A stretch of 64,000 bases of DNA from Chlorobiaceae bacterium (lineage in GTDB: Bacteria; Bacteroidota; Chlorobiia; Chlorobiales; Chlorobiaceae): NCBI GenBank assembly GCA_037142155.1, contig JBAXBE010000005.1:6171-70170 (forward strand), written 5' to 3'. The notes beneath the pieces are model-generated. The model saw nothing but the letters and a program-made list of their open reading frames with translations, had not been told where the DNA came from and made no database searches. Both the position numbers and the translations under genes were made by a program. This document shows, piece after piece, positions 20,973-31,236 of this stretch (position 1 is the first letter of the stretch; each line of letters begins with the position of its first letter).

Positions 20973-21013
20973 CTGAGATCCCTCACCCGAAGAAGTCGGG
21001 TGAGGGATCTCAG
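20973..21013. terminator. Perfect 18-bp stem hairpin between convergent folE and hupD
   Basis: CTGAGATCCCTCACCCGA-agaag-TCGGGTGAGGGATCTCAG. It lies 16 nt after the folE stop and 7 nt after the hupD stop. No T-run follows, and it shares sequence modules with the repeat family. Confidence 0.7.
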
Positions 21014-21019
21014 ATCAGA

Positions 21020-21496
21020 TTATTCGGCGGCGAGCCATTCGTCGACGAGGGCTCTGCCTGCTTTCACGGCTTCGGGGAGGAGGAGTTCGAGCTCGGGGCT
21101 CAGTCCAAGACCCAGCTGGAGGTCATGGGGCGGAGCACCTATCATGACCAGCTCCCTCGGCACTCTCCCGTGCAGTTTGGCGACGCCGATCAGCTCGCTG
21201 AAACCCATCTGATGCGACGACATCTTCCGGTGGATGAAGTCCGGAAGCTCTTCGTTGCGGTAGACATAGACCTTTCTTTCATAGTCAAGAGGAATAAGCG
21301 CGTCGAAGACGATGAGGGCGTCGCACGACTCGATATAGTCGAGCAGATAGATTCCCTGCGTGCCCCCGTCAATAAAGTTGACCGTGTCGGGGTAATTGGA
21401 TGACTCCATGAAACTGTTGACTGCCGCGACACCGAATCCCTCGTCGGTATGGAGAGTATTGCCGAGGCCGATAACGTTGATGCGATTGTATTTCAC
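21020..21496 (-). CDS. hupD: [NiFe]-hydrogenase maturation endopeptidase
   Basis: NVIGLGNTLHTDEGFG N-terminus and size are typical of HyaD/HupD/HybD. GTG start. Confidence 0.88.
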   Translation of the reverse strand: MKYNRINVIGLGNTLHTDEGFGVAAVNSFMESSNYPDTVNFIDGGTQGIYLLDYIESCDALIVFDALIPLDYERKVYVYRNEELPDFIHRKMSSHQMGFSELIGVAKLHGRVPRELVMIGAPPHDLQLGLGLSPELELLLPEAVKAGRALVDEWLAAE

Positions 21497-21523
21497 TCTT
21501 GAACAGAATTAAATGGATAATTG

Positions 21524-21563
21524 AAAAAAGCCCGTTGCAGGCTTTTTATCGCGTGCAACGGGC
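21524..21563 (-). terminator. Rho-independent terminator between hupC and hupD
   Basis: On the minus strand: GCCCGTTGCA-(14 nt)-TGCAACGGGC followed by TTTTTT, 33 nt after the hupC stop. Confidence 0.7.
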
Positions 21564-21596
21564 CATCGTTCCCGAAAGTTACTCTCCCGCTCCCTC

Positions 21597-22283
21597 CTAG
21601 CAGCCCGGCTCTTCCTCTACCTTGTGCTTGAAGCCGGTGATGATCGAAGAGGTGACGCTTGTGCGGTCCACCACATCATGGCGCAGAACGGCGTAGATGT
21701 GCATGATGAAGTAGAAGGGAAAGATCCACGCCATCAGATGGTGCAGGAAGTGCAGGGTGTAGCTGCCGCCGAACAGCGGTATCATCCAGCCGAAAAGATG
21801 ACCGTTGAAGCCGGCGGGGTTGTTCTCGCCGTACATCGCCAGACCCGAAAGAATCATGAAACTCGACCCGCAGAAAATAAAGATAAAGTGGGCCAGAGCC
21901 GCCACCGGGTTGTGGCCGACATAGTTCGGCTCGTCACGCCGCAGAAAGAGATAGGACTCCATCTGCTCGCGGAAAGGCTTGCCCCACCAGTCGGGGGACC
22001 ATGGCCTGAATCCGCCGAAGCGGGCATACTTGTCTTTTCCCATAAGCGCCCAGTACATCCTGAACAGGAAGTTTGCAACAAAGATAAATGCCACGGCAAA
22101 ATGGATGTACCGCCACCACGCCATCCCCTTGTGCAGCGCCGCCTCACCGAGAGGAGGACTGAAAAGAGGGGCCGCGATATAAAGGCCGGTGACAAAAAGC
22201 ACCACGGTACACAAGGCATTTATCCAGTGATAGAGCCTGACCGGCAGCCTCCATACATAGATTTCCTCAATAATTCTCCCCAT
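21597..22283 (-). CDS. hupC: Ni/Fe-hydrogenase b-type cytochrome subunit
   Basis: Four-helix membrane protein, VRLYHWINA with conserved His ligands, immediately after hupL. The start was trimmed to the ATG at 22283. Confidence 0.88.
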   Translation of the reverse strand: MGRIIEEIYVWRLPVRLYHWINALCTVVLFVTGLYIAAPLFSPPLGEAALHKGMAWWRYIHFAVAFIFVANFLFRMYWALMGKDKYARFGGFRPWSPDWWGKPFREQMESYLFLRRDEPNYVGHNPVAALAHFIFIFCGSSFMILSGLAMYGENNPAGFNGHLFGWMIPLFGGSYTLHFLHHLMAWIFPFYFIMHIYAVLRHDVVDRTSVTSSIITGFKHKVEEEPGC

Positions 22284-22294
22284 GACAACTCCTT

Positions 22295-24013
22295 TTAGAC
22301 GATTTTGACCGTTGTGATCTCGTTGCCGTTCATGTCGTAGAGATGAGACGCACAGGCAAGGCACGGATCAAACGAGTGCACTGTCCTGAGAATCTCGAGG
22401 GGCTGGTCGGGATTGACCACAGGGGTACCCTTGAGCGCCGACTCGTAAGCTCCTGACTGGCCCTTGCCATCCCTTGGTGATGCGTTCCAGGTAGAGGGCA
22501 CGACAATCTGGTACTCCTTGATCTTTTCGTCGGCAATGTGTATCCAGTGCCCGAGCGAGCCTCGAGGCGCCTCAGTGTAGCCGAATCCCTTGCAATCCTT
22601 GGGCCATGTGCCGGGTTCCCAGCGGTCGCTGTTGAAGGTGCGCAGGTCGCCGCTCTTGATGTTGGCGAGGAGCTGGTCATAGTAGTGCGTCATGAAGCCT
22701 GCCGTCTGCTTGCACTCGATGCCGCGAGCCGCCGTACGGCCCAGGGTCGAGAAGAGTGCTTCGGGACCGACCTGAAGCTTTGAAAGCACCAGAGAAACGG
22801 TATCCTTGATCATCGGGTCACCCTTGGCGTAGGCGACAAGCACGCGGGCAAGCGGACCGACCTCCATCGGGTGGTTCTTCCAGCGGGGGGTCTTGAGCCA
22901 GCTGTACTTCTTATCGGTGTCGAGATGCTGGAACGGAGGCTTGGGCCCGGTATAGTTCGGCTTGGTCTCCCCTTCCCACGGATGCAGTCCCTTGCCGTCA
23001 CCCTTCGAGTATGTATACCAGCTGTGGCTGACCTCTTCGGTGACCTGGGAGGCATCGCGAGGATCGACGTCGATGACATGGCTCAGGTCCTTGTTGAGAA
23101 TTGCCCCTCTCGGCCACTTAAGCGTCTTGAAATCAGCCAGCGTGGTCTCAGGGAAGTCACCGTAGCTCATGTAGTTGCCGAGGCCTCCGCCGTGGAGCCA
23201 CCCCTTGTAGTATCCTGCAATGGCGATAAGGTCAGGGATGTAGACCTGATCGATGAAGGTGTTGGTGTCGTCAATGATCTTTTTGATCATCGCGAGGCGC
23301 TCGATGTTGATGGCCGTGTCGCTGTTGGGATCGATAGCGCAGGCCATACCGCCGACGAGATAGTTCGGATGCGGATTCTTGCCACCGAAGATGGTGTGGA
23401 TCTTGACGATCTCCTTCTGGAAATCAAGAGCCTCAAGGTAGTGGGCAACGGCAATAAGGTTGACCTCTGGAGGAAGCTTGTAGCCGGGGTGTCCCCAGTA
23501 ACCGTTGGCAAAGATTCCGAGCTGGCCGCTTTCGACAAAGCCGACAAGCCGCTGCTGCAGATCCTTGAAGTAGCCGACCGACGATTTTGGCCACGGGGAG
23601 ATACTCTGAGCGATAGCTGAGGCCTGCTTGGGGTCGGCTTTCAGGGCACTGACCACATCGACCCAGTCGAGGGCATGAAGGTGGTAGAAGTGCACCAGAT
23701 GGTCTTGGGTGACCTGCGTGGCGTTCATCAGGTTCCTGATGATGCGGGCGTTGGTCGGGATCTCGATGCCGAGAGCATCCTCAACGCAACGGACGGAAGC
23801 GAGGGCATGAACGGTCGTACAGACGCCGCAGATCCGCTCGGTAAACGCCCATGCGTCACGAGGGTCACGCCCGCGAAGAATGACCTCGATACCGCGCCAC
23901 ATCGTGCCGCTGCTGAAGGCATCCTCAATCACATTGCTGTCGTTCAGCTTTGCCTCTATTCTCAGATGCCCCTCGATGCGGGGAATCGGATCAACAACTA
24001 TTCTTTTGGCCAT
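22295..24013 (-). CDS. hupL: Uptake [NiFe]-hydrogenase large subunit
   Basis: N-terminal RICGVCT and C-terminal DPCLACASH Ni-binding motifs, with a C-terminal extension after His for HupD cleavage. Confidence 0.97.
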   Translation of the reverse strand: MAKRIVVDPIPRIEGHLRIEAKLNDSNVIEDAFSSGTMWRGIEVILRGRDPRDAWAFTERICGVCTTVHALASVRCVEDALGIEIPTNARIIRNLMNATQVTQDHLVHFYHLHALDWVDVVSALKADPKQASAIAQSISPWPKSSVGYFKDLQQRLVGFVESGQLGIFANGYWGHPGYKLPPEVNLIAVAHYLEALDFQKEIVKIHTIFGGKNPHPNYLVGGMACAIDPNSDTAINIERLAMIKKIIDDTNTFIDQVYIPDLIAIAGYYKGWLHGGGLGNYMSYGDFPETTLADFKTLKWPRGAILNKDLSHVIDVDPRDASQVTEEVSHSWYTYSKGDGKGLHPWEGETKPNYTGPKPPFQHLDTDKKYSWLKTPRWKNHPMEVGPLARVLVAYAKGDPMIKDTVSLVLSKLQVGPEALFSTLGRTAARGIECKQTAGFMTHYYDQLLANIKSGDLRTFNSDRWEPGTWPKDCKGFGYTEAPRGSLGHWIHIADEKIKEYQIVVPSTWNASPRDGKGQSGAYESALKGTPVVNPDQPLEILRTVHSFDPCLACASHLYDMNGNEITTVKIV

Positions 24014-24027
24014 GAGTTACTCCTCGG

Positions 24028-25113
24028 TTAAGCTTTGTCGTTATTTTCACTGCCTGGGTTTACCTTTTTGGCCGCAGTCACGGCGGCATGCGCGGCAGCA
24101 CCAGCCGCAGCAGCTCCGACAGCTACCATGCCAATCTTGTCGGCATTGCTGTCACTGCCGAGGAACGGAACCTCAGCAAGCCTCTTGTAGAACGGTCCTC
24201 TGTCCCAGAAATTCGGTTCGGAGCAGCCGATACATGGATGGCCGGAACCGATCGGGAAGCTCGTGCCACCGTTCCACTGAATCTTGGAGCATGAGTTGTA
24301 GGTGGTCGGCCCCTTGCAGCCCATCTTGTAGAGGCACCACCCCTTGCGAGTGGCTTCATCATCAAAGCTCCTGACAAACATGCCTGCGTCGAAGAATGCC
24401 CGGCGGTAGCACTTGTCATGGATTCTCGTGTTGTAGAAGGCCTTCGGTCTGCCGAAACGGTCCAGCTCGGGAAGAGTGCCAAAGGTATGGAAGTGGGTAA
24501 TGACGCCGGTCATGACCTCGGAAATGGGAGGACAGCCGGGAACATTGATGATCGGCTTGTCCTTGATGATTTCGTGAATCGGGGCTGCACCGGTCGGGTT
24601 CGGCTCGGCATTCTGCACGCAGCCGAAAGATGCACAGGCACCCCAGGCAACTACAGCAGCGGCATCGGCGGCCGTCTCCTTGAGGATATTGAGGAAGGAG
24701 TCGCCGCCAACCATGCAGTAAACGCCATCGTCCTTGGTGGAGGCGTTACCCTCTACAGCAAGGATATATTTGCCCTTGTACTCCTTCATGATCTTCTTGC
24801 GTACATCCTCAAGCTGATGGCCCGCAGCCGCGCTGAGCACGTCATCGTAGTCGAGGGAGATCATGTTGAAGAGAAGATTTTCAATCGTGGGATGGGAGGA
24901 GCGTATGAAAGATTCGCTGCAGCAGGTACACTCAAGGCCATGAATCCAGATAACCGGAGTTCTCGTTTTCTTTTCCATGGCTTCAACGATTGTCGGCACC
25001 ATCGAAGGAGAGAGCCCGAGATAGACAGACGTGAGTGAACAGAACTTGAGGAAGTCCCTCCGGCTCACTCCTCTGGCCTTGAAGACATCGGCAAAGGTCT
25101 GGTTGCTTTGCAT
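24028..25113 (-). CDS. hupS: Uptake [NiFe]-hydrogenase small subunit (Tat-exported)
   Basis: Twin-arginine signal SRRDFLKF, Fe-S cluster cysteines (CTCC, GCPP...) and a C-terminal hydrophobic anchor. Confidence 0.96.
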   Translation of the reverse strand: MQSNQTFADVFKARGVSRRDFLKFCSLTSVYLGLSPSMVPTIVEAMEKKTRTPVIWIHGLECTCCSESFIRSSHPTIENLLFNMISLDYDDVLSAAAGHQLEDVRKKIMKEYKGKYILAVEGNASTKDDGVYCMVGGDSFLNILKETAADAAAVVAWGACASFGCVQNAEPNPTGAAPIHEIIKDKPIINVPGCPPISEVMTGVITHFHTFGTLPELDRFGRPKAFYNTRIHDKCYRRAFFDAGMFVRSFDDEATRKGWCLYKMGCKGPTTYNSCSKIQWNGGTSFPIGSGHPCIGCSEPNFWDRGPFYKRLAEVPFLGSDSNADKIGMVAVGAAAAGAAAHAAVTAAKKVNPGSENNDKA

Positions 25114-25260
25114 TACTACCTCCGTTTTGAAGAAATCAGATTAGCAGGAAAAAGGTCAAACTATAAAAGAGAACAAGGGGGAAAATTCCGGCCCGACTTA
25201 AACGCACCCGGCTTCGGTCACAATCTTCCGTAAAATTAACAATTGCTTTTCAAATACCAT

Positions 25261-25297
25261 AAAAAAACCCCGGTTCTCCATAAGGAAAAACGGGGTT
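25261..25297 (-). terminator. Rho-independent terminator after nuoN
   Basis: On the minus strand: AACCCCG-(18 nt)-CGGGGTT followed by a T-run, 24 nt after the nuoN stop and upstream of the hupS promoter region. Confidence 0.7.
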
Positions 25298-25320
25298 TGA
25301 AATCATTATGCTGTACACCG

Positions 25321-26853
25321 TTACCATGTCAGGCCGAAGAGTGATGATGAGTATCGGGCAAAATCGGAGAGGGGTGTAAAGAACAGTCCGAAGTAGAGGG
25401 TCAGGAACATCAGGACTGCCATAAGCACCTGTGCGACGAGCCCGGGGTTGAAGTCCATCTCTTCAGGATGCTGGGCATCACGAAGGTACATGTTGAGCGG
25501 GATGAGCATATAGTAGTAGAGCGAGATGACGCTGGTCAGAATACCGACAAGCGCAAGGCCGAGGTAGAGCGAGCCTTTGGCGAGCAGTGAGGAGAAGATC
25601 ATCAGCTTGCCGATGAAGCCGATTGTCGGAGGAAGGCCGACCAGAGAGATCAGAAATACTGTCAGGGCAGCACCTGCAAGCGGCATCCTCTTGCCGAGTC
25701 CGCGGTAGTCGTCGAGATTCTCGCTGCCGGTCTTGTTGGCAATGAGGATGACGACATAGAAGGCACCGAAGTTCATCAGGAAGTAGGAGAGCAGATAAAA
25801 GAGCGTTGCCTGTGTGCCGAGCTGGTCACGCACAATGATACCGAGCAGCAGGTAGCCTGCATGGGCGATTGAAGAGTAGGCAAGCAGCCTTTTGACGTTC
25901 TTCTGCCAGATAGCCACCACGTTTCCGTAGATCATCGATGCAACGGAAAGGACGGAGAGCAGGAGCGTCCAGTCAATACCGAGGATATCCTCGATCTTCG
26001 GCTGGCCGTGAGGCACCGAGATAAAGTAGAATCTGGTGAGGAGTGCGAATCCGGCAGCCTTGGAGGCAACGGAGAGGTATGCGGTAATAGGCGTGGGTGC
26101 TCCCTCATAAACATCGGGACTCCAGAAGTGAAACGGAACGGCACCGATTTTGTATCCGAAACCGGCAAGAATCATGAGCGTCGCAAGAATCACCACAAGG
26201 GGATCATAGCCGTGTGCGGCAAGCTCGGTAGAGATCTTGATGAGATTGGTCTGTGCCGTCAGCCCGTAGATGAGCGAAAAGCCGTAGATCATAAGGCCGG
26301 AGGAGACGGCACCGTAAACAAGATATTTCAGCGCGGCTTCAGAGGAACGGGCATTGCGCTTGAAGTATCCGGTCAGAACGTATGCAGTCAGGCTCACCAG
26401 CTCCATTGAGAGGAAGATCATCAGCAGGTCGGAGGACGAGGCCATCATGATCATGCCGATCACCATGGAGACGATCAGGGCGTAGTACTCACCGATGCTT
26501 TTGACTTCACGATTAAACTGCCGGTCGGCCATCGTGATGATGACGGCAAGCATGCCTCCAATCACTGAGAAGTACTTGAAGAAGAGCGCATAGGGGTCAA
26601 GAACGTACATCCCGAAAAAGAGCTCCCCCGCAGGCAGCGCATGCTGCTGATGGATGAAAAAGAGGCTGCCACCAAGACCCAGAAGGGTTGCGATGGAGAG
26701 CAGACTGTTTTTCCTGCCTTTGACGACCAGATCGATGAGGATCAGCGCCATGAAAAGCACAGAGAGATAGATTTCAGGCAGAAAGAATCCAACGTTTCCT
26801 TTCAGACTTGCAATGATACTTTGAATTTCAGCACCTGATGGCAGCTCGAACAT
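25321..26853 (-). CDS. nuoN: NADH-quinone oxidoreductase subunit N
   Basis: Antiporter-like polytopic membrane protein at the last position of the nuo operon. Confidence 0.9.
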   Translation of the reverse strand: MFELPSGAEIQSIIASLKGNVGFFLPEIYLSVLFMALILIDLVVKGRKNSLLSIATLLGLGGSLFFIHQQHALPAGELFFGMYVLDPYALFFKYFSVIGGMLAVIITMADRQFNREVKSIGEYYALIVSMVIGMIMMASSSDLLMIFLSMELVSLTAYVLTGYFKRNARSSEAALKYLVYGAVSSGLMIYGFSLIYGLTAQTNLIKISTELAAHGYDPLVVILATLMILAGFGYKIGAVPFHFWSPDVYEGAPTPITAYLSVASKAAGFALLTRFYFISVPHGQPKIEDILGIDWTLLLSVLSVASMIYGNVVAIWQKNVKRLLAYSSIAHAGYLLLGIIVRDQLGTQATLFYLLSYFLMNFGAFYVVILIANKTGSENLDDYRGLGKRMPLAGAALTVFLISLVGLPPTIGFIGKLMIFSSLLAKGSLYLGLALVGILTSVISLYYYMLIPLNMYLRDAQHPEEMDFNPGLVAQVLMAVLMFLTLYFGLFFTPLSDFARYSSSLFGLTW

Positions 26854-26893
26854 AATTCTCTTCGTTTATTCTATTACCTCAGTTCAATCGGGA

Positions 26894-28531
26894 TTAATTC
26901 ATAGAGGTCAGTACGACCGGTGTCAGCACCTGAACAAGTTTGTTGATGCTCGTCGTCAGCATGCCCATGATCGGCATCGGATAGATGCCAAGGAAGATGG
27001 TGATGACGGCAAGTGGAACAAGCATCACAAGCTCACGGCTGTCAAGATCGAGCTTCCCTTTCCAGTCGTGGAAGTGGATGTGTTCGTGACCGTCTGCGCC
27101 TAACTCAAGGTCATAGGCGGCATCCGGCTTTCTCTTTCCGAGGAACATCCTCTGCAGCGACCAAAGCAGGTATGCTGCACCAAAGACGATACCGAGCACG
27201 GAGACCATGGCGATGTAGCGGGTTGTCACCGAGCTGAAGGCACCGACAAAGACAAATGCTTCCGAGATGAAACCGCTGAGGCCTGGCAGTCCGAGCGAAG
27301 CGAACCATGCAATGGTAACAACGGCAGCATAGCGCGGCATATAGGATGAGAGGCCGCCGAACTTGTCGATCTGGCGCGTATGGGCACGGTCATAGATAAC
27401 ACCGACAAGAAGGAAGAGCATCGCGGTGATGGTGCCGTGATTGAACATCTGGTAGAGTGCGCCAAGCATGCCCTCGCTGTTGCCGGCGGCAAGGCCGAGC
27501 AGCACGTAGCCCATGTGGCTGATGGATGAGTAGGCAACCATCTTCTTGAGATCCTGCTGGGCAAGTGCGCAGAATGCACCATAGATGATATTGATGGCGC
27601 CGAAGACACCGATCACGAACATCCCGGCATGGAAGACCTCAGGGAAGAGCGGGAAGTTGATACGCAGCATGCCGTAGGTGCCGAGCTTCAGAAGAACGCC
27701 GGCAAGAATGACCGAGATAGGAGTCGGCGCTTCAACGTGAGCATCCGGCAGCCATGTGTGGAACGGGAACATCGGAACCTTGATGGCAAACCCGACAAAG
27801 AGCACACAGAATGCGATATAACGCCACATGACATTGTCCGGTCCGAGAATGGCACCCTTGATGAAGTTGTGCTGGTCAGCCATGGCAACAAGGCTGAAGG
27901 TGTGGTTGCCGGTCATAGGGTCGATCACGCTGAAGTAGAGACCGATCATGACAAGAAGCATGAACACCGAACCGAAAAGCGTGTAGAGGAAGAACTTGAT
28001 TGCCGCATATTCGCGGTTCGGTCCGCCCCAGATGCCGATAAGGAAGTACATCGGAAGAAGCATAAGCTCCCAGAACACATAGAACAGGAAGAAATCGAGA
28101 GCGACAAAGCAGCCCATCATTGCCGTAGCAAGCAGGTTGTAAAGGATGAAGTACCCCTTGACCTGCTTCTGGATGGTCCAGCTTGAGAGCACGCCGATTG
28201 CAGAGACAAGCGCGGTGAGGAGCACCATCGTAATCGATATGCCGTCAACGCCGATGAGGTACTCGATGTTGAGTGCGCCGAGTCCTCCGAGGTTCAGGCT
28301 GATCCACGGCAGACGCTCGACCAACTGGAATGAGCCGACGGGATTTCCCCCTGCGGCGGCGGTAATTCCGGCCATTGAGGGATCATAGGCGCGCCAGATC
28401 AGAACCGCAAGCACTCCCTGGGCAAGTGCCGCAAGCAATGAAACAATTCTGATTATCTGCTTTTGCGATGAAGGCACGGCAAGAATAATCAGACCGGCGA
28501 TGATTGGCAGAAAAACAATTAAACTCAGCAT
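26894..28531 (-). CDS. nuoM: NADH-quinone oxidoreductase subunit M
   Basis: Antiporter-like subunit with HTWLPDAHVEAPT motif, placed between nuoL and nuoN. Confidence 0.92.
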   Translation of the reverse strand: MLSLIVFLPIIAGLIILAVPSSQKQIIRIVSLLAALAQGVLAVLIWRAYDPSMAGITAAAGGNPVGSFQLVERLPWISLNLGGLGALNIEYLIGVDGISITMVLLTALVSAIGVLSSWTIQKQVKGYFILYNLLATAMMGCFVALDFFLFYVFWELMLLPMYFLIGIWGGPNREYAAIKFFLYTLFGSVFMLLVMIGLYFSVIDPMTGNHTFSLVAMADQHNFIKGAILGPDNVMWRYIAFCVLFVGFAIKVPMFPFHTWLPDAHVEAPTPISVILAGVLLKLGTYGMLRINFPLFPEVFHAGMFVIGVFGAINIIYGAFCALAQQDLKKMVAYSSISHMGYVLLGLAAGNSEGMLGALYQMFNHGTITAMLFLLVGVIYDRAHTRQIDKFGGLSSYMPRYAAVVTIAWFASLGLPGLSGFISEAFVFVGAFSSVTTRYIAMVSVLGIVFGAAYLLWSLQRMFLGKRKPDAAYDLELGADGHEHIHFHDWKGKLDLDSRELVMLVPLAVITIFLGIYPMPIMGMLTTSINKLVQVLTPVVLTSMN

Positions 28532-28581
28532 GTTCCGTGTCTGTAAGTTTTCAGATTAAAAATAAATCCCTTAAAGCCCTG

Positions 28582-30849
28582 TCAGTAGACCAGTTTTGTT
28601 ACGTAATAGATAAAATAGCCGAAGAGTGCGAGAATAAGCATGACGACATAGGTCTGAACCTTGCCGGTCTGCAGTTTTCTGAGAACAGCACCCGTCGTGT
28701 TGACCGAGAATGCCGTAAAGTTCACCATGCCATCGACGACATACTTGTCGAATCCGGCGTTGGCAAAGGCGAATTTGCGGACCGTGACGGCGATGCCGTT
28801 GACCAGGCCGTCGACAATATTGGTATCGAACCAGGAGAGCACTTTGGAAATGATAACCGAACCCCTGATGAAGGTCGCATCATAGATCTCGTCCCAGTAC
28901 CACTTGTTGAGCGAGAAGAGGTAGAGCGGCCTGATGGCTTCGGCGGTTTTATCAGGATCGATAATCCTGAAGACAAAGACGATGAGTGCCATGCTGATGC
29001 CGAGCACGACCATGACGCTGGAAATGTAGATCGCCGTAAAGTGAGCGCCGTGCGTTGCATGGGCTATCTCGGCCTGACGCGGATCGGCGAAGGTGTGTCC
29101 GCCCTTCTCTTCGCCTTTTTCAGACGCGGCAGTTTCCGGAGAGTCTTTTTCCGCATGAGCAGCACCGGCTACGGAGGCTTCAGCAAGCAACGGTGAAGCT
29201 GCACTCCTGAGGGCTGCCGGTTTGTCATGGCTCGCACTGCCCACAACGGTTGCCGGTGTCTGGATCATGTGCATGAACCAGCCCTTTGCTCCATCGAGCG
29301 GATCAGGAGAGTAGACAAAAAAGACAGAGAGCGCTGCAAGGATGACCAGAGGGGCTCTCATGTTCCAGGAGACCTCATGGACACCGTGCTCTTCGTGATG
29401 CTCATCTCCATGCGCGGCATGACTGTCATGGGCATGGTGGTCTGCATGATGGTCATCGGCAGGCTTGAGGTGGGTGCGGCTCTCGCCGAAGAAAACAAGC
29501 CAGATCTGGCGGCCCATGTAGAAGGCTGTCAGCATGGCTGAGAAGAATCCGAGAACCGGAATAAGGTAGTAGATGCCGCCGCCTTCGACCGTGGCGAATC
29601 CTATCGCACCGGCAAGAATGGCGTCTTTGCTCATAAAGCCGCTGGTAAGAGGGAGACCGGCAAGCGCGAGCGTTGCGAGCGTGAATGTCGCAAATGTCCA
29701 TGGCATGTGCTTGCGGAGTCCGCCCATCCAGCGCATGTCCTGCTCATGGTGCATGGCATGGATGATGGCACCCGAGCCAAGGAAAAGGCATGCCTTGAAG
29801 AATGCATGCGTAACGAGATGGAAGAGCGCGGCAGAGTAAGCGCCGACACCGAGGCCGAGCACCATGTAGCCGAGCTGGGAGACCGTCGAGTAGGCAAGCA
29901 CCCTTTTGATATCATTCTGCGTGATGGCGATGGTTGCTGCCATGAAGGCGGTAGAAGCACCGACAAAGGCGATGACATGAAGCGCATCGGGCGTCAGGAG
30001 AACAAAGATCCTTGCCACGAAATAGACGCCTGCAGCCACCATTGTTGCCGCATGGATAAGGGCCGAAACCGGTGTCGGACCCTCCATGGCATCAGGCAGC
30101 CAGATATGCAGGGGGAACTGAGCGGACTTGCCGACGCAACCCATGAAGAGCAGGATGCCGGAAGCGGTCAGCCATGCATTGGAAAGGGTGAACTTCCCTG
30201 CCGCAAGGTTTAGGTAGATCTCGCTGAAGCTGAAGGTGTGGAACTGGGAGTAGAGAATCAGGATGCCGAGCCACATGCCGATATCTCCGACACGGTTGGC
30301 AAGGAATGCCTTTTTCTGTGCATTGGCCGCGCTGTCCTTTTCAAAGAAGAATCCGATGAGCAGATAGGATGAAAGTCCGACAAGCTCCCAGAAGATATAA
30401 ATCGAAAAGAGGTTATCCGAAAGCACGATGCCGAGCATCGAGAAAGTGAAGATGCCGAGGTAGGCGAAATAGCGTCCATAGTTCTTGTCGCCAGCCATGT
30501 AGCCTGTCGAGTAGAGATGAACAAGCAGGCTGATCAGGTTGACCATGGCAAGCATGATCGCTGTCAGATTGTCGATCACCACACCCATCTTGATCTGCAG
30601 GGGACCTACTCCGGGAACATTGCCAAGATCGATCCATGTGAAATTCCATGCGACACGAAATGCAGGGTCGTAGGTCTGCACAATGACCGTCCAGAAAATA
30701 TAGGCCGAAATGGCAAACGCTGTTCCAAGGATTCCTACACCCACAAAGTCGCCCCGACGAGGCAGCCTGCGGTTGAAGAATATCAGAATGACAAATGAGA
30801 GCAGCGGCAGCAGCAGTACGACTATTGATAACTGAATTAAACTGTGCAT
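28582..30849 (-). CDS. nuoL: NADH-quinone oxidoreductase subunit L, unusually long (755 aa) with a His-rich insertion
   Basis: Antiporter-like core (HIWLPDAMEGPTPVSALIHAATMV) plus a C-terminal lateral helix region. An insertion carries 12 His in 34 aa. Confidence 0.92.
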   Translation of the reverse strand: MHSLIQLSIVVLLLPLLSFVILIFFNRRLPRRGDFVGVGILGTAFAISAYIFWTVIVQTYDPAFRVAWNFTWIDLGNVPGVGPLQIKMGVVIDNLTAIMLAMVNLISLLVHLYSTGYMAGDKNYGRYFAYLGIFTFSMLGIVLSDNLFSIYIFWELVGLSSYLLIGFFFEKDSAANAQKKAFLANRVGDIGMWLGILILYSQFHTFSFSEIYLNLAAGKFTLSNAWLTASGILLFMGCVGKSAQFPLHIWLPDAMEGPTPVSALIHAATMVAAGVYFVARIFVLLTPDALHVIAFVGASTAFMAATIAITQNDIKRVLAYSTVSQLGYMVLGLGVGAYSAALFHLVTHAFFKACLFLGSGAIIHAMHHEQDMRWMGGLRKHMPWTFATFTLATLALAGLPLTSGFMSKDAILAGAIGFATVEGGGIYYLIPVLGFFSAMLTAFYMGRQIWLVFFGESRTHLKPADDHHADHHAHDSHAAHGDEHHEEHGVHEVSWNMRAPLVILAALSVFFVYSPDPLDGAKGWFMHMIQTPATVVGSASHDKPAALRSAASPLLAEASVAGAAHAEKDSPETAASEKGEEKGGHTFADPRQAEIAHATHGAHFTAIYISSVMVVLGISMALIVFVFRIIDPDKTAEAIRPLYLFSLNKWYWDEIYDATFIRGSVIISKVLSWFDTNIVDGLVNGIAVTVRKFAFANAGFDKYVVDGMVNFTAFSVNTTGAVLRKLQTGKVQTYVVMLILALFGYFIYYVTKLVY

Positions 30850-30903
30850 GTTCCTTTCGTTTTACAAGAAAAAATTAAAGCTGACAGGAGTTCAAATATT
30901 CTG

Positions 30904-31221
30904 TTACTCTTTCATGGAATCAACCTGTGAAACATCGACGGTCTTGAAAAGCTTGAAGATGTTGATCACGATTGCAAGCGCGATGGCAGCCTCCGCTGCG
31001 GCAAGAACAATGACGAAGAGAGCGAACATGACGCCCTGCATCCCTCCGTTGTACTTCGAGAACGCAAGAAAATTGATGTTGGCGGCGTTCAGGATGAGCT
31101 CGACACCCATCAGGATGACGATGGCGTTCTTCCTTGTCATCACGGCAAAGAGGCCGAAGCCGAAGAGAAATGCCGAGACGGTCAGGTAGTGATTGAGCCC
31201 TATGGTGGTCAACTGTTCCAT
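30904..31221 (-). CDS. nuoK: NADH-quinone oxidoreductase subunit K
   Basis: 105-aa three-helix protein with conserved Glu residues, in operon order. Confidence 0.9.
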   Translation of the reverse strand: MEQLTTIGLNHYLTVSAFLFGFGLFAVMTRKNAIVILMGVELILNAANINFLAFSKYNGGMQGVMFALFVIVLAAAEAAIALAIVINIFKLFKTVDVSQVDSMKE

Positions 31222-31236
31222 GGTGTTTTCCTAAAC

